Below, piece by piece: positions 50,027 to 63,925 of a stretch of DNA of 64,000 nucleotides. Positions within the stretch are counted from its first letter, which is position 1; every line of letters begins with the position of its first letter. The stretch is from NCBI GenBank assembly GCA_036785375.1, contig JAWMAR010000008.1, positions 14,012,001 through 14,076,000 on the forward strand. The letters are read 5' to 3'. A program made the translations under genes and the position numbers. The notes under the pieces were generated by a model. It searched no databases. It was not told where the DNA came from and worked only from the letters and a program-made list of their open reading frames with translations. This DNA comes from Leucoraja ocellata (taxonomy: Eukaryota).

Positions 50027-50630
50027 ACTTCTTCTTGTGTATAGCGTGCACAGCCTAAGGTTGTAGGTCAACTCGTTCTATTTGATCTATTTGTTTGTGT
50101 ACGTCGGGTTGATTGCATTAGAAACATAGAAAATAGGTGCAGGAGTAGGCCATTCGGCCCTTCGAGCCTGCACCGCCATTCAATATGATCATGGCTGATC
50201 ATCCAACTCAGTATCCCGTACCTGCCTTCTCTCCATACCCCCTGATCCTCTTAGCCACAAGGGCCACATCTAACTCTCTCTTAAATATAACCAATGAACT
50301 GGCCTCAACTACCTTATGTGGCAGAGAATTCCAGAGATTCACCACTCTCTGTGTGAAAAATGTTTTTCTCATCTCGGTCCTACAAGACTTCCCCCTTATC
50401 CTTATACTGTGACCCCTTGTTCTGGACTTCCCCAACATCGGGAACAATCTTCCTGCATCTAGCCTGTCCAACCCCTTAAGAATTTTGTAAGTTTCTATAA
50501 GATCCCCTCTCAATCTTCTAAATTCTAGCGAGTACAAGCCGAGTCTATCCAGTCTTTCTTCATATGAAAGTCCTGACATCCCATTAGTCGAAACAGGGTT
50601 GACCACGTGAAGGTTGCAATCTCCCACCCC
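50027..50630 (-). mobile_element. Short (about 140-nt) retroposon with GAA-repeat tail, split by CR1
   Basis: Minus strand reads ggggtgggagattgcaaccttcacgtgg...gtttcgactaatg / caatcaacccgacg...tacacaagaagaag. Confidence 0.6.
50122..50581 (-). mobile_element. Young CR1 3' end with 6-bp TSD
   Basis: Intact frame GMSGLSYEERLDRLGLYSLEFRRLRGDLIETYKIL...WNSLP. CATTAG at 50116-50121 and 50582-50587. Confidence 0.95.
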
Positions 50631-52031
50631 TCTAAAAGCATTAACTGGGGGTCAGAACGTGCTTCTGCATTCTTCCCTCTCCTCTACCATCCCTGCAACT
50701 TGCCCCCTGTCCCAAGCCTGGGGTTAGGACAAGTTATGGCCCAAACTGAGAACTGAACATTAAGTTTTCTAGTGAAAATAAGTTTGAGCCACTAATGAGA
50801 TAGGAAATGAACATTAGCTAATTGCTGATCACATCAAACTCCATTAACAGTTGTTCTAAGGGACCGCAGCATTATTTAAGGTACCAGATTATTAAACTAA
50901 GACAAAGTGTGCATAAAATTATGCCATGGCAGTTCTTTGTGGAGTTGGTTGTTTACTTCAATATCTAAGTCTGTATGAACATCAGCAGTACAGATAGACA
51001 AGTTATTTGCTTCATTCCTGTAATTGCTGTAAATTGCATTCAGTAAATGCAAATTAGCCCCCAGGCTTCTCTACCAAATTAATAGTGATTTACATTTTTT
51101 AAATATAATTAGCCATAAAGCTCTTGGAATGCCCCATAGTCATGAATTATTTAGATGATTTGTTGATCAGTAATTATATTACTGCATAGTTCAACCACAG
51201 GCTTGGATAGGTTTGTTGATACAAACTCCAATCCCATCGTGGACTTTAGCTGGAGAAATGACATTTAGTAAATAAATCTGGACCGTGTGAAGAGTAACCA
51301 TTAAATCACCATCTTATCATAAAAACAAAAACAACAACAGATGATGGATGCACAGATCCTTCAAGGATCTTTCTTCAGAACTAAAAAACGCTTTGTATTG
51401 CAAAGAGGTGTGGTGGAGTGAACAGAAGTGATTGGGTGCGGATTACAGTTATCAAAATAACATTTAAATTGAAAATGCTGCAAATACTCCTCGGGTGCTG
51501 TGGCAAAACAGGAGGAACCTTGTTAATATAGGGTCCCGACCACAGTGTTGACAATTCCTTTGCCCCAACAGATGCTGCTTGACCCACCGAGTTCTTCCAG
51601 CAGTTTGTTTTTAAAGATAAAATTCACTTTGGCTCAGTCCAAATTTCCCTTTCAAATCAGCTAACCGGAAATGTAATGCCCTTGCATGATATTTTTCACC
51701 CATTCTTTCAAAAATGGAGCTCTCCAGCACTAGAAGGTATTCAATAACGGTGCCTTTCATAGAGGCCAGGGAAGTCGGATTAGATTGCTCCAGAATCAGA
51801 AGAAACAAATGCTCTCTGAGCCATAGTTTCCATATTTCTGTGAAGTGTTACATCATGGTGAGAAGAAGAGTGAATGGAAGCTGGGGTAAATGTAATATAA
51901 TATAAAAGATTACACAAGGTGAGTATTAGAAGCATTTGTTGTACGCCGTCAGTAGTTGAATCAGGTCAGTAGGCTGGACTTCAGTGATTATTTGGCACGG
52001 GATATTTATTGAAGTTTACCATTGCTGTTAA

Positions 52032-52220
<189 letters not shown>

Positions 52221-52299
52221 TAAAATGTTCGGACTATTTCCTGCATGTGACACCTATGCAGGGTTTTGTCTGCGTATGATTGACATAGTCATGTTCTAG

Positions 52300-52480
52300 G
52301 AGTGGTACAGCTAGTAGACCCGCGGCATCACAGTTGCAGCGAACCAGGTTCACTATTGAACCTCTGGTGCTGTTTGTGTGGAGTTTGTCAGTCCTCCCTG
52401 TGACCACAAGAGTCTCCTCCCTCATGCCAAAGATGTGAGTGTTGGTAGTTCAATTGGGGAGGGGAGACTGTGGGGAGAAT
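52300..52480 (+). mobile_element. V-SINE fragment, followed by a Penelope mini (about 52520-52635)
   Basis: gtggtacagctagtag...tgtgtggagtttg...ccctgtgacc. Confidence 0.65.
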
Positions 52481-52884
52481 GGGTTTGAGGAAAAATTGTG
52501 GGGAGATGGGATTGCTCTGTGACTCAGCGGGACAGGCAGCTTCTCTGGAGAGAAGGAATGGGTAGGGTTAGGGTTCCTTCTCTTCAGAGATGCTGCTTGT
52601 CCCGTTGAGTTTCTCCAGCATTTTGTGCCTATCTATTTTCACGTTTGTTTTCCCATAAACTGGATCCAGATAATAAGTGAAAAGCTGGAAATAGCCCACA
52701 GATATTCCCAGATTCCCATTCCATCTTTATAGTATTTTCTCCCATGGTTGTTCACTCATGCTGGGGCAAATCTTTGAAACATCAGGCAACTTCTATTATT
52801 TTCCAAATAATTAATCGTCTTGTCTGATGACTGGAAAGGAGCAGCAGTAGACCTACCAACCTTGGGTTGAGTTAGAACAGCTGA

Positions 52885-53105
52885 TCGCCAGTGTCCTGGG
52901 CCAGTGTTTGTCTCTTGCCCAGTGTAACTAAAACAAATGATCTGGTCATTATTGCGTTGTTCTTCATTTGAATGTGTTGTGCTGAAATATATGCAGTAGT
53001 TTGAGACATTATTAATTCTCTACACTTCATCAGTTAAGAAATAGTTTGAGATGTCTGAGGATATGAAAATTATTGTGTAAGTGTATATTTTGTCTTCATT
53101 TCTTT
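52885..53105 (+). mobile_element. DeuSINE-type relic (SacSINE1/AmnSINE1-related)
   Basis: gtgtcctgggccagtgttt...actaaaacaaatgatctggtcattatt...ctacacttca...tttgagatgtctgagg follows the recalled Deu-domain and 3' tail. Confidence 0.6.
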
Positions 53106-53174
53106 CCTCCATTGCCATTCACTTATGGGAACCCACCAGAAGTTACGGTATGGAGGTCAGGAATGTGAACCCAG

Positions 53175-53790
53175 AATGGTATTTCGAACACTTGAACTTG
53201 GTCTGCCAAGGCCTGCTGGATGTCCCCGTTTCTAACCATTTAAACTCCCCTTCCCATCCTTATACTGACCTCTCTATCCTGTGCCTCCTCCAATGCTAGA
53301 GAGGTGCCACGCGCAAACTGGAGGAACAACACCTCATCTTTCACTTTCGTAGCTTATAACCCAACAGTATGGACATTGAATTCTCAAATTTTGGGAAACT
53401 AACCAACAAACAAAACTCCCCCCCCCCAAATTCCCTGTGTCCCACCTGGATGCGCACACATTTCTCCCACCATCCCCCCCCCCCCCCCTCCCCCATTCCC
53501 CTTCCACTTATATCCCTTCCTCTGGCGTCACATTTAATGCCTCCTCTCCTTATCTCTGTGTTCTGTCATTTCATTTTCTGTCCTCAGTCTAGCCATCTGC
53601 CAATCAAATCTCTCACCTGTAACCACCTATCACTTGCCAGGCTTTGTCTCGACCCCGCCTCTTTTCCAGCTTTCCCCCATACTACAATCAGTCTAAAGAA
53701 GACTCCCAACCCGAAACGTTACCTACCCATGTTCTCTGGAAATGCTGCCTGTCCAAATAAGTTACTTGGTGTTTAGTGTCAGATTTTTTT
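53175..53790 (+). mobile_element. Penelope-like element 3' end: GIY-YIG C-terminus, pyrimidine tract and pLTR
   Basis: FEHL..V.QGLLDVPVSNHLNSPSHPYTDLSILCLLQC*RGATRKLEEQHLIFHFRSL*PNSMDIEFSNF, then a C-rich tract and CTAAAGAAG..ACCCGAAACGTT. Confidence 0.88.
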
Positions 53791-54939
53791 TGCATGCTAA
53801 CAGAAAAACAAAAATTAACTAGGTTTCCTGGTCTAATTCCATCTGATATCTCCAGACTGGACGCAGACTTCAAGATGCGTCTGGGACCTCGCTGAACTTT
53901 CGGGATTTCACCAGAGGCTACCATTTTAAAACTTGTTATCGTAAAATTGTGCTTCAAAAGTGCCTATTCAGTTCCGCCAGAGAGCTTGAACTCTGTTGTC
54001 CCCTTTATCCCACTGTGGGAAAATGTTTAATGTCCAATCTCCTCTAGAGGCAATTAAACATGATAAAGCAATGATAAGGAATGCAACAAACCCTCAAGGG
54101 AGAATTAATCTTCAAAGGATTTCATTCTGATCCTCAATGTCATAGACCACATGAGCTACTATTATGTAAGAGGTTTCAAGGGATCTTGACATTTTTCAAA
54201 GATGCCTTTTTACTTTGTGAAAGCAGTTTGTGATCTTTGTATGTCCTTCATATCGGCAACAGGACATTGCTGCGTACATTTCTCAAAACAGGTTAATGAG
54301 TACAGCCATTTTCATCTCTGTCTTTGACTGCCTTCTCACCATCATAACTTTAGACATGAAGATGGTGACTGGTGATTGTAGGATGGTCTGTTCCACGCAC
54401 CTCTTAAACATATGAAGTGGTCCATGTCAGCATGTACCATGACTAAACAGATGCAGAAGCTCTGGTGACATGCCCCACTATGGTTACGAACCATTCCTCT
54501 CATCTACTTCCACAGCGTAATGGAATACACTTCATTTGCTTGGCGTATAGCTGAATCCACACTCAAGAAACTCAGCACCATCCAGGAGAGAAGTAGCTTA
54601 TTCACCACCCTGATGTTCACTCCCTTCACTCTCAGCACTGACCCAGACAAGTTTTCTCCCCACTACTACAATTGGTCCTATTTTCCAGCTTTCTCCCCAA
54701 CTCAAAGCAATCTGAAGAAGGGTCCCAACCCGAAACATTATCTGTCCATTCCCTCCACAGGTGCTGCCTGACCCATTGAGTTCGCCTGACACCTTGTGTT
54801 TTGCACAAGATTCCTGCATCAGTAGTTTAGTATGTCTCTAACAAGAGACATAATAACCTGACACGAGGTTGACATGGCCTTCAATGTTTCAAGGTCAGTT
54901 TATTGTCACGTGTACCAATTGAGGTCCAGTGAAATTCAA

Positions 54940-55230
54940 ATTGTGTCAACTGAAAAAGAAGGAGGTCTCAGGAGTAGATGGTATTCCTGCTAAAACGTGT
55001 CAACGGCAAAATTAAGTCTTATCTTTTATGTGGGGGATATGTCAGGTGATCTTAGAGACATGATATTTGTGATCAACTTCAAGAAAGAAGACAAATCCAA
55101 TTGCCAGACATTTAGAGGGGTCTCCCTGCTGACTGCCACAGGCAAATTAATTGCAAAAGTCTTCATCCTGGCTGAAGAATTGTTCCCTGAATTACTGGAG
55201 AGATTGATTCCATGTAGATTCCATGATGGT
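54940..55230 (+). mobile_element. RTE LINE fragment (continues at about 56500-56730)
   Basis: SGVDGIPA, DLRD....I.FKKEDKSNCQTFRGVSLLTATGKLIAKV and AEELFPE motifs. Confidence 0.75.
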
Positions 55231-55289
55231 TGGAAGCTCAAGTTCTTAAGAATAAATATCACCAGCTATATGTCCTGAAGCAGCCACAT

Positions 55290-56015
55290 CGAAGCTGTGG
55301 CCAAAAAAAGCACACTAACACCTCAACTTTCTAAGAAGACTGAGGAAATTTGGCATGTCCCCAACAACCCTCACCAACTTCTAAATATACATCATAGTAA
55401 GCTTTTTATCGTGATGCAACACAACATGGTACTTGACACCTCTTTGCAAACGAGACCTCCCGGTACCTGGAATGTTTAAGAAAGAACTGCAGATGCTGGA
55501 AAAATCACAGAGAGAAACAAATGCTGGAGTGAGTTTCTCCAGCATTTTTTTCTACCTCCGGTACCTGGAAGATGATTTGACTGTACCGCATCCTGCGCAA
55601 AGCCGCCAGCATGGGCGCGCACCTTCTGTGTCTGGGCTTCACTGTCGGGATCGGGGTTGTCAGTAGGCTGGGGACGAACGAGTATGATATTTGAGCTCAG
55701 TGCTCCGGGTGGTGTCCTCGAAGGGACAGGATCCATGTGTACACATGATAGATGTGGCCCGCCATCCGCTCACAGCCCCTAGGCAGCAAAGGTTGCCGAC
55801 CCCTGAGCTAGAGGATGGTCCTAACCTCCCATCTTCCTCAGTGGAGACATTTGAACTATCTTTGATCAGTTGTCATCTGACTCTGTCTTGCACTAAATAT
55901 TGTACCCTTCATCTTTATACTAGGAGCAGCTTGATCGTGTCTTTATTTTGACTGGATATCATGCAACAAAAACTTTGCACTGTACCTCAGTACACGTGAC
56001 AATAATAAACTAAAC
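55290..56015 (+). mobile_element. Rex1 3' fragments containing a Penelope mini (55473-55557)
   Basis: Decayed AKKAH..L.FLRRLRKFGMS region and tail tgtacctcagtacacgtgacaataataaactaaac. The insert is flanked by ccggtacctggaa repeats. Confidence 0.6.
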
Positions 56016-59000
56016 CATCTTCACCATGTAACTACTCTAAGGAATGCAAGAAGCAACATTAGCCACCATATATAACACATAATATATCTATTATGTATTT
56101 TTGACCTCATTGTCAAATTAATCTCAGTCTGCTACATGAGGGCATGTAAGATTTTGTCATCGCCTCCACCACAAACCCTATTTCTTTGCAAAGAGGTGTC
56201 AAGTAAAGTTGCCTCATTCCTTCAATATTTCATCCATTTGCTGGAAAGGAATGAATCGACAGGCCAGGTGGAAGCTGTTCAGTTGTTATCAAATCTATTA
56301 CAGAACCCGGGATCAATCCTCCCTTAGCCATGAGCTGCAGTACGCATATGTTCAGAGGCTGAGCACCAACTCATTGTCGATTCAATCATTGAAGTATCGA
56401 AGAAAATTGACCTATTATTGAAAGTCTCCAAAGAGCCTATACTAACCTTCCCCGCCGACACGACAGACCGCACCCTCCTCGCAAATAAAGATCCCCAATA
56501 AAAAATATGTAGACTACTTCCCACATCTCAGGAGAAGGCAGGCATCAATGTTGAAATTCACCAATACACCAGTGCACCAGCAAACCTTTGACCATATGAG
56601 GAAAAGAATGTTAAAAGATCAAGGCCTCAAACTAGCACAAAGCTCATTGTTTACCGGGCAGCAGTCTTCCCTATTCCCCTGAACACTTCAGAAATTTGGA
56701 CTACATACAGCACGCACCTTAAACTTGACAGCCACCATTAGAACCTAGAGAACAGGAGTGTTAGCGAGCCACCTTCAAACCAAGCAAATGCTGAAGAAGG
56801 TGAAGCATCGAATGGAAGCGATGGTTGGAGATCCCTCCAGAGACCATGTCCTGTCATGGTGGCCTATTTTCAATGTCAGTCAGTGAAGAGCCATGAGAGA
56901 GGACTCTCGTAATTTTGATTAGATTTCTTTACGGAGATAAACTACGTTTTCATGTACCCTTTAAAGGTAGGAATCTCAGGAAATTTCCTAGTAAAAAAAG
57001 CCAGCCAGGCACCCTTCCTTCTTCACAATAAGCTCCTGTCAATATTGCACGTCATAATCATAACCAGCAGTCTTTTACCTAAGCTGGTTACTGTTTTCTC
57101 CAAGGGGAATTTGCTGCTCCTCTGATTTATTCATTCCATACACCACCATGACTTCTGTTTTTTTTAAAGTTATTTTCACATGATTTTGTTACAATTAAAA
57201 GATGTAATGGGTCTTGAAGTTCGTAAGTTCATTTGTCACAGACCAGTTGTTCCAAGTTATGTATTTGGGGGAAGGTCAGCAAATGAAAACTTTTTTTTTA
57301 ATGAGAACATTTAAAAAAGCAGCCAAAATTGACCAAGTCCCAGAGCTGGGGACTGGATAATTCAAATACCACACATGGAGATGTTATAAAGGTTGCTTTT
57401 ACGGGACAAAGATAAATATTGTCAAATATTATTTCCATTTTTCCCCCCCAAATTAAATCTTTTTATGAAATTGCTTTAATCACAGTTAGTTTTTCACTTC
57501 CGTTCTGTGAAATTGCAAGTTAGTAATTAAGTGGAGAGGACAGTCTTAACAGAAGAAAGAAAGATTTGCATTTCAACAGTGATGTTTGCGGCCTCACGAT
57601 GTCCCAAAGCACCCAGTGGTGTTAGCTCTTGTACAATAGAAAAGTAAGATTGGGCATTATCTTTTCAAAGTGCTGGACCTTCCTCATATCTGGCTTTAAA
57701 AGTATAGTCATTAATATATCAACTCAAAGTATCATTTTGCTCTATTGCCCAAAATTTTCAGGCATTTTTCTGCCTTTTGCCAAATTGTTAACCACAAACA
57801 TTTGTGACCCCCCACCCACCCCCCAGGCAAAGCTATGAATTATGATGGCAGGCACATATACCACTGGCTAAGGCTGCTGGCTGCTCAGCCTGTAGGCTGC
57901 TGCACGAATAGGGCAGAAAGGAGCCCTGCATCATTGCAGCTGTTCCAATTCATGTTTAAACAAATTCTGTGTAAAAAAAAAACTGCAGATGCTGAAAATC
58001 TGAAATATAAAGAAAAATGCTGGAAACAAGTCAGCAGTTCAGGCCGAAATTGTGGAAAGAGAAACAGAGTTAATGTCTCACTTTTGTCGGAAATGGAAAA
58101 GAGAGGAAGTCCCAGCACCTCAGTTGCTTGGCTTAGGAATTTCAGATTCTTCCGATGAGTTTCATCCCATGAATAAAACTCGCCAAAATATATTATACTT
58201 GTGGAGTGTGAATGTGTGAGTCCCTAGCTTCCTTCTGTTTGGAGATGAAATGTGCAGGATTGATTTGTATTATCACAAATAGACAGTGATCCAGAGGTAT
58301 GCAGTTTTACAACAGTTACTTGGCATATTAGTTTCAATAGGATACAGAATTAGTCATGGTCCGAAATGTGTATCTGATGTGACATTCCCATTAGTGTTTT
58401 GCAACTAAAGTTAGATGCAGAATTCTCTCTTTGTTAGCTACACTTTCTTGGGTGGGAATGTGCCTACACCACAAATTGATGGCTTTGCCTTGCATCAACT
58501 TGGGTAGTCTAAGGCGGATGTTGAGGTCTGAAATGATGCCAAAATGGAATGTAGTGAGACAGTCTCCACTGGGGACTCCCACAGTAATTCACGTAGGTGT
58601 CAGCTCAGGACTTGGTTCAAGATTCGGATTTTTTTAACTCTGTTACTGCAATGTCACATGAATTCAGCTTATATAAACCCATAAAATAATTCAGAAAGGA
58701 CATCTTTAACCTGAAAGTGCCTCGTAAGTGGAGCTCATTGCCTCTAATAGTGGCAGCAGTCAACAAAGATGCATTTTAGAATGTGCAGTTTCAAAAGGGA
58801 GACACTTGCACGAACTAAAAGCTTTTTATCACCTCAGAACAATGCTTCTCTGTGTATAATAGAAAAAAAACTGACAGAATTGTGTGGCACATAAATATCA
58901 GCTCGGAGTAGTTGGGTCAAATAACCTATTAATATGCCGAACATTTTACATAATTCCGTGCAAAATCAAAACCTGATATATCGGGAACTAACGGTAATGC

Positions 59001-59049
59001 TTCAAATTTAGTTTATGAATCAGATTAAGGCTGCAATTTTTCAGTGGCA

Positions 59050-59385
59050 AAGCAGCATGTTAGTTAATTTAATCGAATAGTATCCAGAGACCTGGAATAT
59101 TGATTTGGCAGCATAGGTTCAAATGTGAGCACAGCAGCTGGAGAATTTAAGTTCAAATAATTAAATAAAATCTCTAAGTAAAAAAACGCTACCGTCAGCA
59201 ATGATGACCATGAAGCTGCTGGATTGTTACAAAGACCTAGCTTGCCGTTGCCTTTTTTGCTGGTCAGGTCTGCATGTGACTCCAGATGCACTATTCCGTG
59301 AAATTGTCCAGCTTGCCACTCTGTTCAGGAAGCTCGTAGAATTCGGCAATACATTCTTAGCTTGCCAGCAATTTACACATCCTCT
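59050..59385 (+). mobile_element. Old SINE (same family as 10705 and 61640)
   Basis: ggttcaaat B-box, gcagctggagaatttaa, gaccatgaagctgctggattgt, tgtgactccaga. Confidence 0.65.
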
Positions 59386-59479
59386 GAACAAATAATTTTT
59401 ACTTTAGAACCAAGAAAGAGCAGGGAATTGATCACATTCAGCTTCTCCATCCAACTTGGATCAGTAAATGCAAATGTTT

Positions 59480-59805
59480 GTATATAAAATGATGAGAGGC
59501 ATAGATAGGGTAGACAGTCAGAACCTTTTCCCAGGGTGGAAACACTAGAGGTCATAGCTATAAGGTGAGAGGGGGATAGTTTAATGGAGATGTATAGGGC
59601 AAATCTTTACACAGATGGTGGTGACGGCCAGGAACGCATTGCTAGGCGGAGGCTAATGTGATAGTGGCGTTTGAGGCTTTTAAATAAGTGCAGAGATGCA
59701 GGGGATAGAGAGATATTGATCATGTGTAGGCAGATAAGATCAGTTCAGCTAGGCATCATGATCGGCACAAACATTGTGGGCCTGTGTAATACTATTCTAT
59801 GTTAC
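59480..59805 (+). mobile_element. CR1 3' end
   Basis: aaaatgatgagaggcatagatagggtagacagtcagaacc...actagaggtcatagctataaggtgagaggg. Confidence 0.8.
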
Positions 59806-59884
59806 ATGAGGAATATGTCATTTTTACAAAATGCGGATATACTAATGGCAAAATGACTAATGCTGTGAATGCGCCATTTTGAAT

Positions 59885-60200
59885 GCACAGTGGTGCAGAT
59901 TGTGGAGTCGCTGCCTCAGCGCCAGAGACTTGGGTTCAATCCTGACCTCAGGTGCGGAGTTTGCACATCTCCCTGTGAACGACTGGGTTTCCCCTGGGTG
60001 TTCTGGTTTCCCCCCACATCCCAAAGGCGAGTGTGTCGGTAAGTTATTGACTTCTCTAAATTGCCCCTTGGATGCAGGTGACTGGTGGAATTTGAGAGGG
60101 GAGGGGAATTGATAATGATTTGGAGAGAATTAAATTGGATTATATTAGCGTAGAATTAGTGCAAATGGGTGGTTGATGGTCAGCATGGACTTGGTCAGCA
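59885..60200 (+). mobile_element. V-SINE
   Basis: cagtggtgcag..gctgcctcagcgccagagacttgggttcaatcctgacc, ggagtttgcac, cccacatcccaaag. Confidence 0.85.
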
Positions 60201-60684
60201 GGGACTGGGCCCTAATGTTATAAAATTGCTGTCTACACACAATGCAAATTTTGGCAAGGTCAACTCCATGCTAACTGGATATTTTCTAAACTGAAGAAAC
60301 GGTTGAATTAAAATTTTACATACCCAGCGTTGTACATCACCAAAATATTAGAAAACATAGACAAAGCAGCAAAACGCAAAAAAAATGTTCAATACTCCAA
60401 TCAGTCAAATGCTTCATATGATTCCTTGATCCTAAACAACTGAGGACTGCATGGTTTTTGATGGTTGCCTGGGAACAGTATTGTGGCAATCTGAAGGAAT
60501 GGAATAGAAAGATATATTAGCATTTTTGGAAAGATTCATCAAGCCTGGAATGAAACATCTTAAAATTTCATAAGATTTCAAGAGGTTATTTGAATGGTGA
60601 TTGTAATATTGATAATTCACATCAGTCCTAGAGTTGGCAACCTCACTGAAGTATTAGCAGTGTCTGCCTGTTCTCTGTGTGTGA

Positions 60685-60837
<153 letters not shown>

Positions 60838-61639
60838 TAGTATTCCCTTGCTCATCATTTTCGTGGTGCAATATGTTGAAGGAAGTATTGCGAGGACTCC
60901 TGTTCAGCAAAGCCGTGTTCTTTAAATGTTATATGGACCTCGTGGCAGACACATTGTGGTACTCCCACATCCAGACTCTTAGCCTGTGACTTGCATCATT
61001 TTTATTCCATCAGTAGTTCTCCCTGTTATTTAAAAAAAATATATTAGATTTTTTTTAATGTACAAAAATAGTCATGGAAAATGAAAAACAATAGTGACGT
61101 GAAAGGGAAATGAGAAAATTCATTTTCAGATGAAATTTTGGAACATAGCACCAATCGGCATGATTTGATAAAGTGGAACTTTTATGACCTGAGATTGATA
61201 AATTTTGATTCAGAAGGAAAATGGGCTGAAGGGCCTTCTTCTGTGCTCTGATGATTCTATGATTGATTGCATCAGATTTGTCATGATCTAATTGATCCGT
61301 AGTGCAGTTCCAAATGGATTATATCCTGCTCCTGGCTATTCCATTTTTCAGATCTAATAGTAAGTTGTGATGGAGCACCATGCTATTCACTCCAATGGTG
61401 ACACACTCATAAGGATGTTCTTCTTTACAAGCTTGCCCCATGAGTGGGATCAGGATATTTGAACACTTTAGATACCGGTAGCTAAAGCTAAGATGCTAGT
61501 TTTGTCTGGTACCCACAAGTGTTCTTTCCCCAGATGTTACTGAGTAGAATTGAAGACGATGAATGCTAGCTGTCTTTTCCTCCAACAACTCCAAAATTCC
61601 CAACGTCCTCAAATATAGCTTTCATAGGCTGGATGTGCA

Positions 61640-61980
61640 ACAATAGTGCTTAGCGTACTACACCAAAATCCAAAGGCCTGGTTAATTGACCTGTAGATAT
61701 GAGCTCATATGCCATCATGGCAAGTAGCGAAATTAAAACAAAAATTACAAATTAATATCAATAATGTTGGCCATGAAACTATCAAATTCTTCTGCATCTC
61801 CATCTGGTTAACAAATTTCCTTTCCTGAAGGAAAACTGTTATATTACTTATTCTGGACGGCAAGTGATTCCTGATCCACACGTCATAACCACCCTCTAAA
61901 ATGTTAACTCTGTTCAAAGGAAATTAGAATTCTGCAATAAATGCAGGCTTTCTTCTTGCTTCATGAATGAATAAATATAA
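61640..61980 (+). mobile_element. Old SINE
   Basis: ggccatgaaact...catctggttaac...gaaggaaaact...gcaataaatgc. Confidence 0.55.
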
Positions 61981-63419
61981 TGTGTGCTGTGTTCTGGCAT
62001 TGTTATCCTAGCCCGGGCAAGTTTATGTCTGCTCTATTCAGTTTTTATACAACCTGTTGGAACTTATCAATAATAAAGATTCTTACTGGTTATGTTAGTC
62101 ATTAAAATGGAACTGAACTCATTTACAAACAGGTTTCCTGTAAATAAGCAGACCAAAAATTCTAATACAGGCACGTGCTGAAATGTATTATGTGGCACTC
62201 GTAAAATGCAATTTTATTTATTTTCTTCCTTATCTCAAGGGCTTTTCATATGGCATCTTTAAATTGTACTGGTTTAATACTCCATTAAAAAAAAAAGATG
62301 TTAACTTACTGATGCTGTCAGCCTGCTATGGAAGAGACTAGCGATAGTACTTTGGTTATCCCATCTGCAAGTTACACAAAGAACACTGAGAGTTTGTGCA
62401 ATTCTACCCCAGGAAATGGCACTGATGTTTTATGGCCCACTTGTTCCTTCTATGGACACTTCGATTCCTCTGTTACACTTCCAGCATGATTCATAACTGG
62501 CTTAGTGCTTTAACAAGAAAAATGACACATTACCTGCCAAATCGTTACCTTGTGTGGTTGTAAAATATGATTTGTTGATCACATAATAAGGCCATAGTGA
62601 TAGTTCATATCCATTTTCCTTACTTAATAGCTGGGCAAAAATTGTCAAGTATACCACCACCTGATAAGCATGTGCACATTAGAGGGGTTATTTACTATTG
62701 TGATAAATTATAGTCGCATTAATACCTTTGGGAAAATAACTGACGTTCCTTGATCCAGGAATTGTTCTGTTTTGAAGAAACCACTTCACCCCTCCCACAC
62801 CCCTCCCATTCCTTTCTAAAATCAGTCCTATAAACTGCAGGTAATCTGAAAAATATTGTTGGTAATCCTGAAAAAAATGGGTTCAGACAGGATGACATGG
62901 CTTAAATGCAGCATTGTAGACCTAATGAAAGTTAGTGATGAATGAAATAATCTGGGAAGCATTTTATTTGGCTTTGGAGTCTGGGCTGCAATGCATTTAA
63001 GTTGTTTTTCACAAGTCTTGATAACCTGAAGAGCAATGGATACTGTCGTTCCTTTCTTTGCTGTGTTTTGATGACCAGACTTACACAATTAAACAGCATG
63101 TGGGTTTTATTCTTCCATCATTATCCACTGATTTCTGCTACAAGTGCTTGTTAGTTGGATGCAAAATCGCAATGAAGTAATCTCGGTAGCATCATGGTGT
63201 AATGGCTGTGGAAGCATTTGAGAACTTACAAAATCCTGAATCCTTTAAAAAAATATGGATTTGTATGTTATTACTTAGCGCCCAAGCTGCTGTTTTTATG
63301 CAGAAAAATAAAGAACGGTTTCCTGATTATCCTTTTGGAAGAAACATCGCCCGTCCTATTTGCTTTGTTTTGTGGTGACAGCCATTGTGTATTAAATCAC
63401 ACATGGGCATTATCAAATA

Positions 63420-63925
63420 GAGAGTTGTACAGTACAGAAACAAACCCTTCAGCCAAACTCATCCATGCCAACCAAGTTGCCTATATGTCGGTCCCATTTG
63501 CCTACACTTGGCACATATCCCGCTAAACCTTTCCTATCTGTGTTCAATGTTGTAATTGCACATGCCTATACCACTTTCTCTGTCAGCATGATAAATATAC
63601 CTACCAATCTCTGTGTGAAAAACTTCCCCCTAAGATTCTATTTAAATCTTTATCTGCTCAATTTAAACTTGCCTTCTTATTTTAGATTCTCCTACACTAG
63701 GATAAAGACTGACTGTCTTTTTTTATCTCTGCCCTTCATGACTATAGAAACCATAAATAGGCCACCTCTCAGTCTTCTTCAGTCCATAGAAAAGTCCCAG
63801 CCTATCCACTCTCCTCTTATAACTCAAGCTTTCCAGTTCTGGCAACATATATGTTAATCTTTTCTGTGCTCTCTCTACCTCAATCACATCCTACTATAGC
63901 AATACTGCTCACAGTATTCCGAGAG
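63420..63925 (-). mobile_element. CR1 3' fragment, followed by the start of a Penelope mini (63955-64000)
   Basis: acagaaacaaacccttcagcc tail, ttccagttctggcaaca and ctgctcacagtattcc. Confidence 0.75.

Noticed and set aside
58985-59000. Tc2/pogo-like terminus (gggaactaacggta) and a Tigger-like end near 39805-39828
   Set aside because: Only single ends are visible, without a partner TIR or TSD pair, which is too weak to call.
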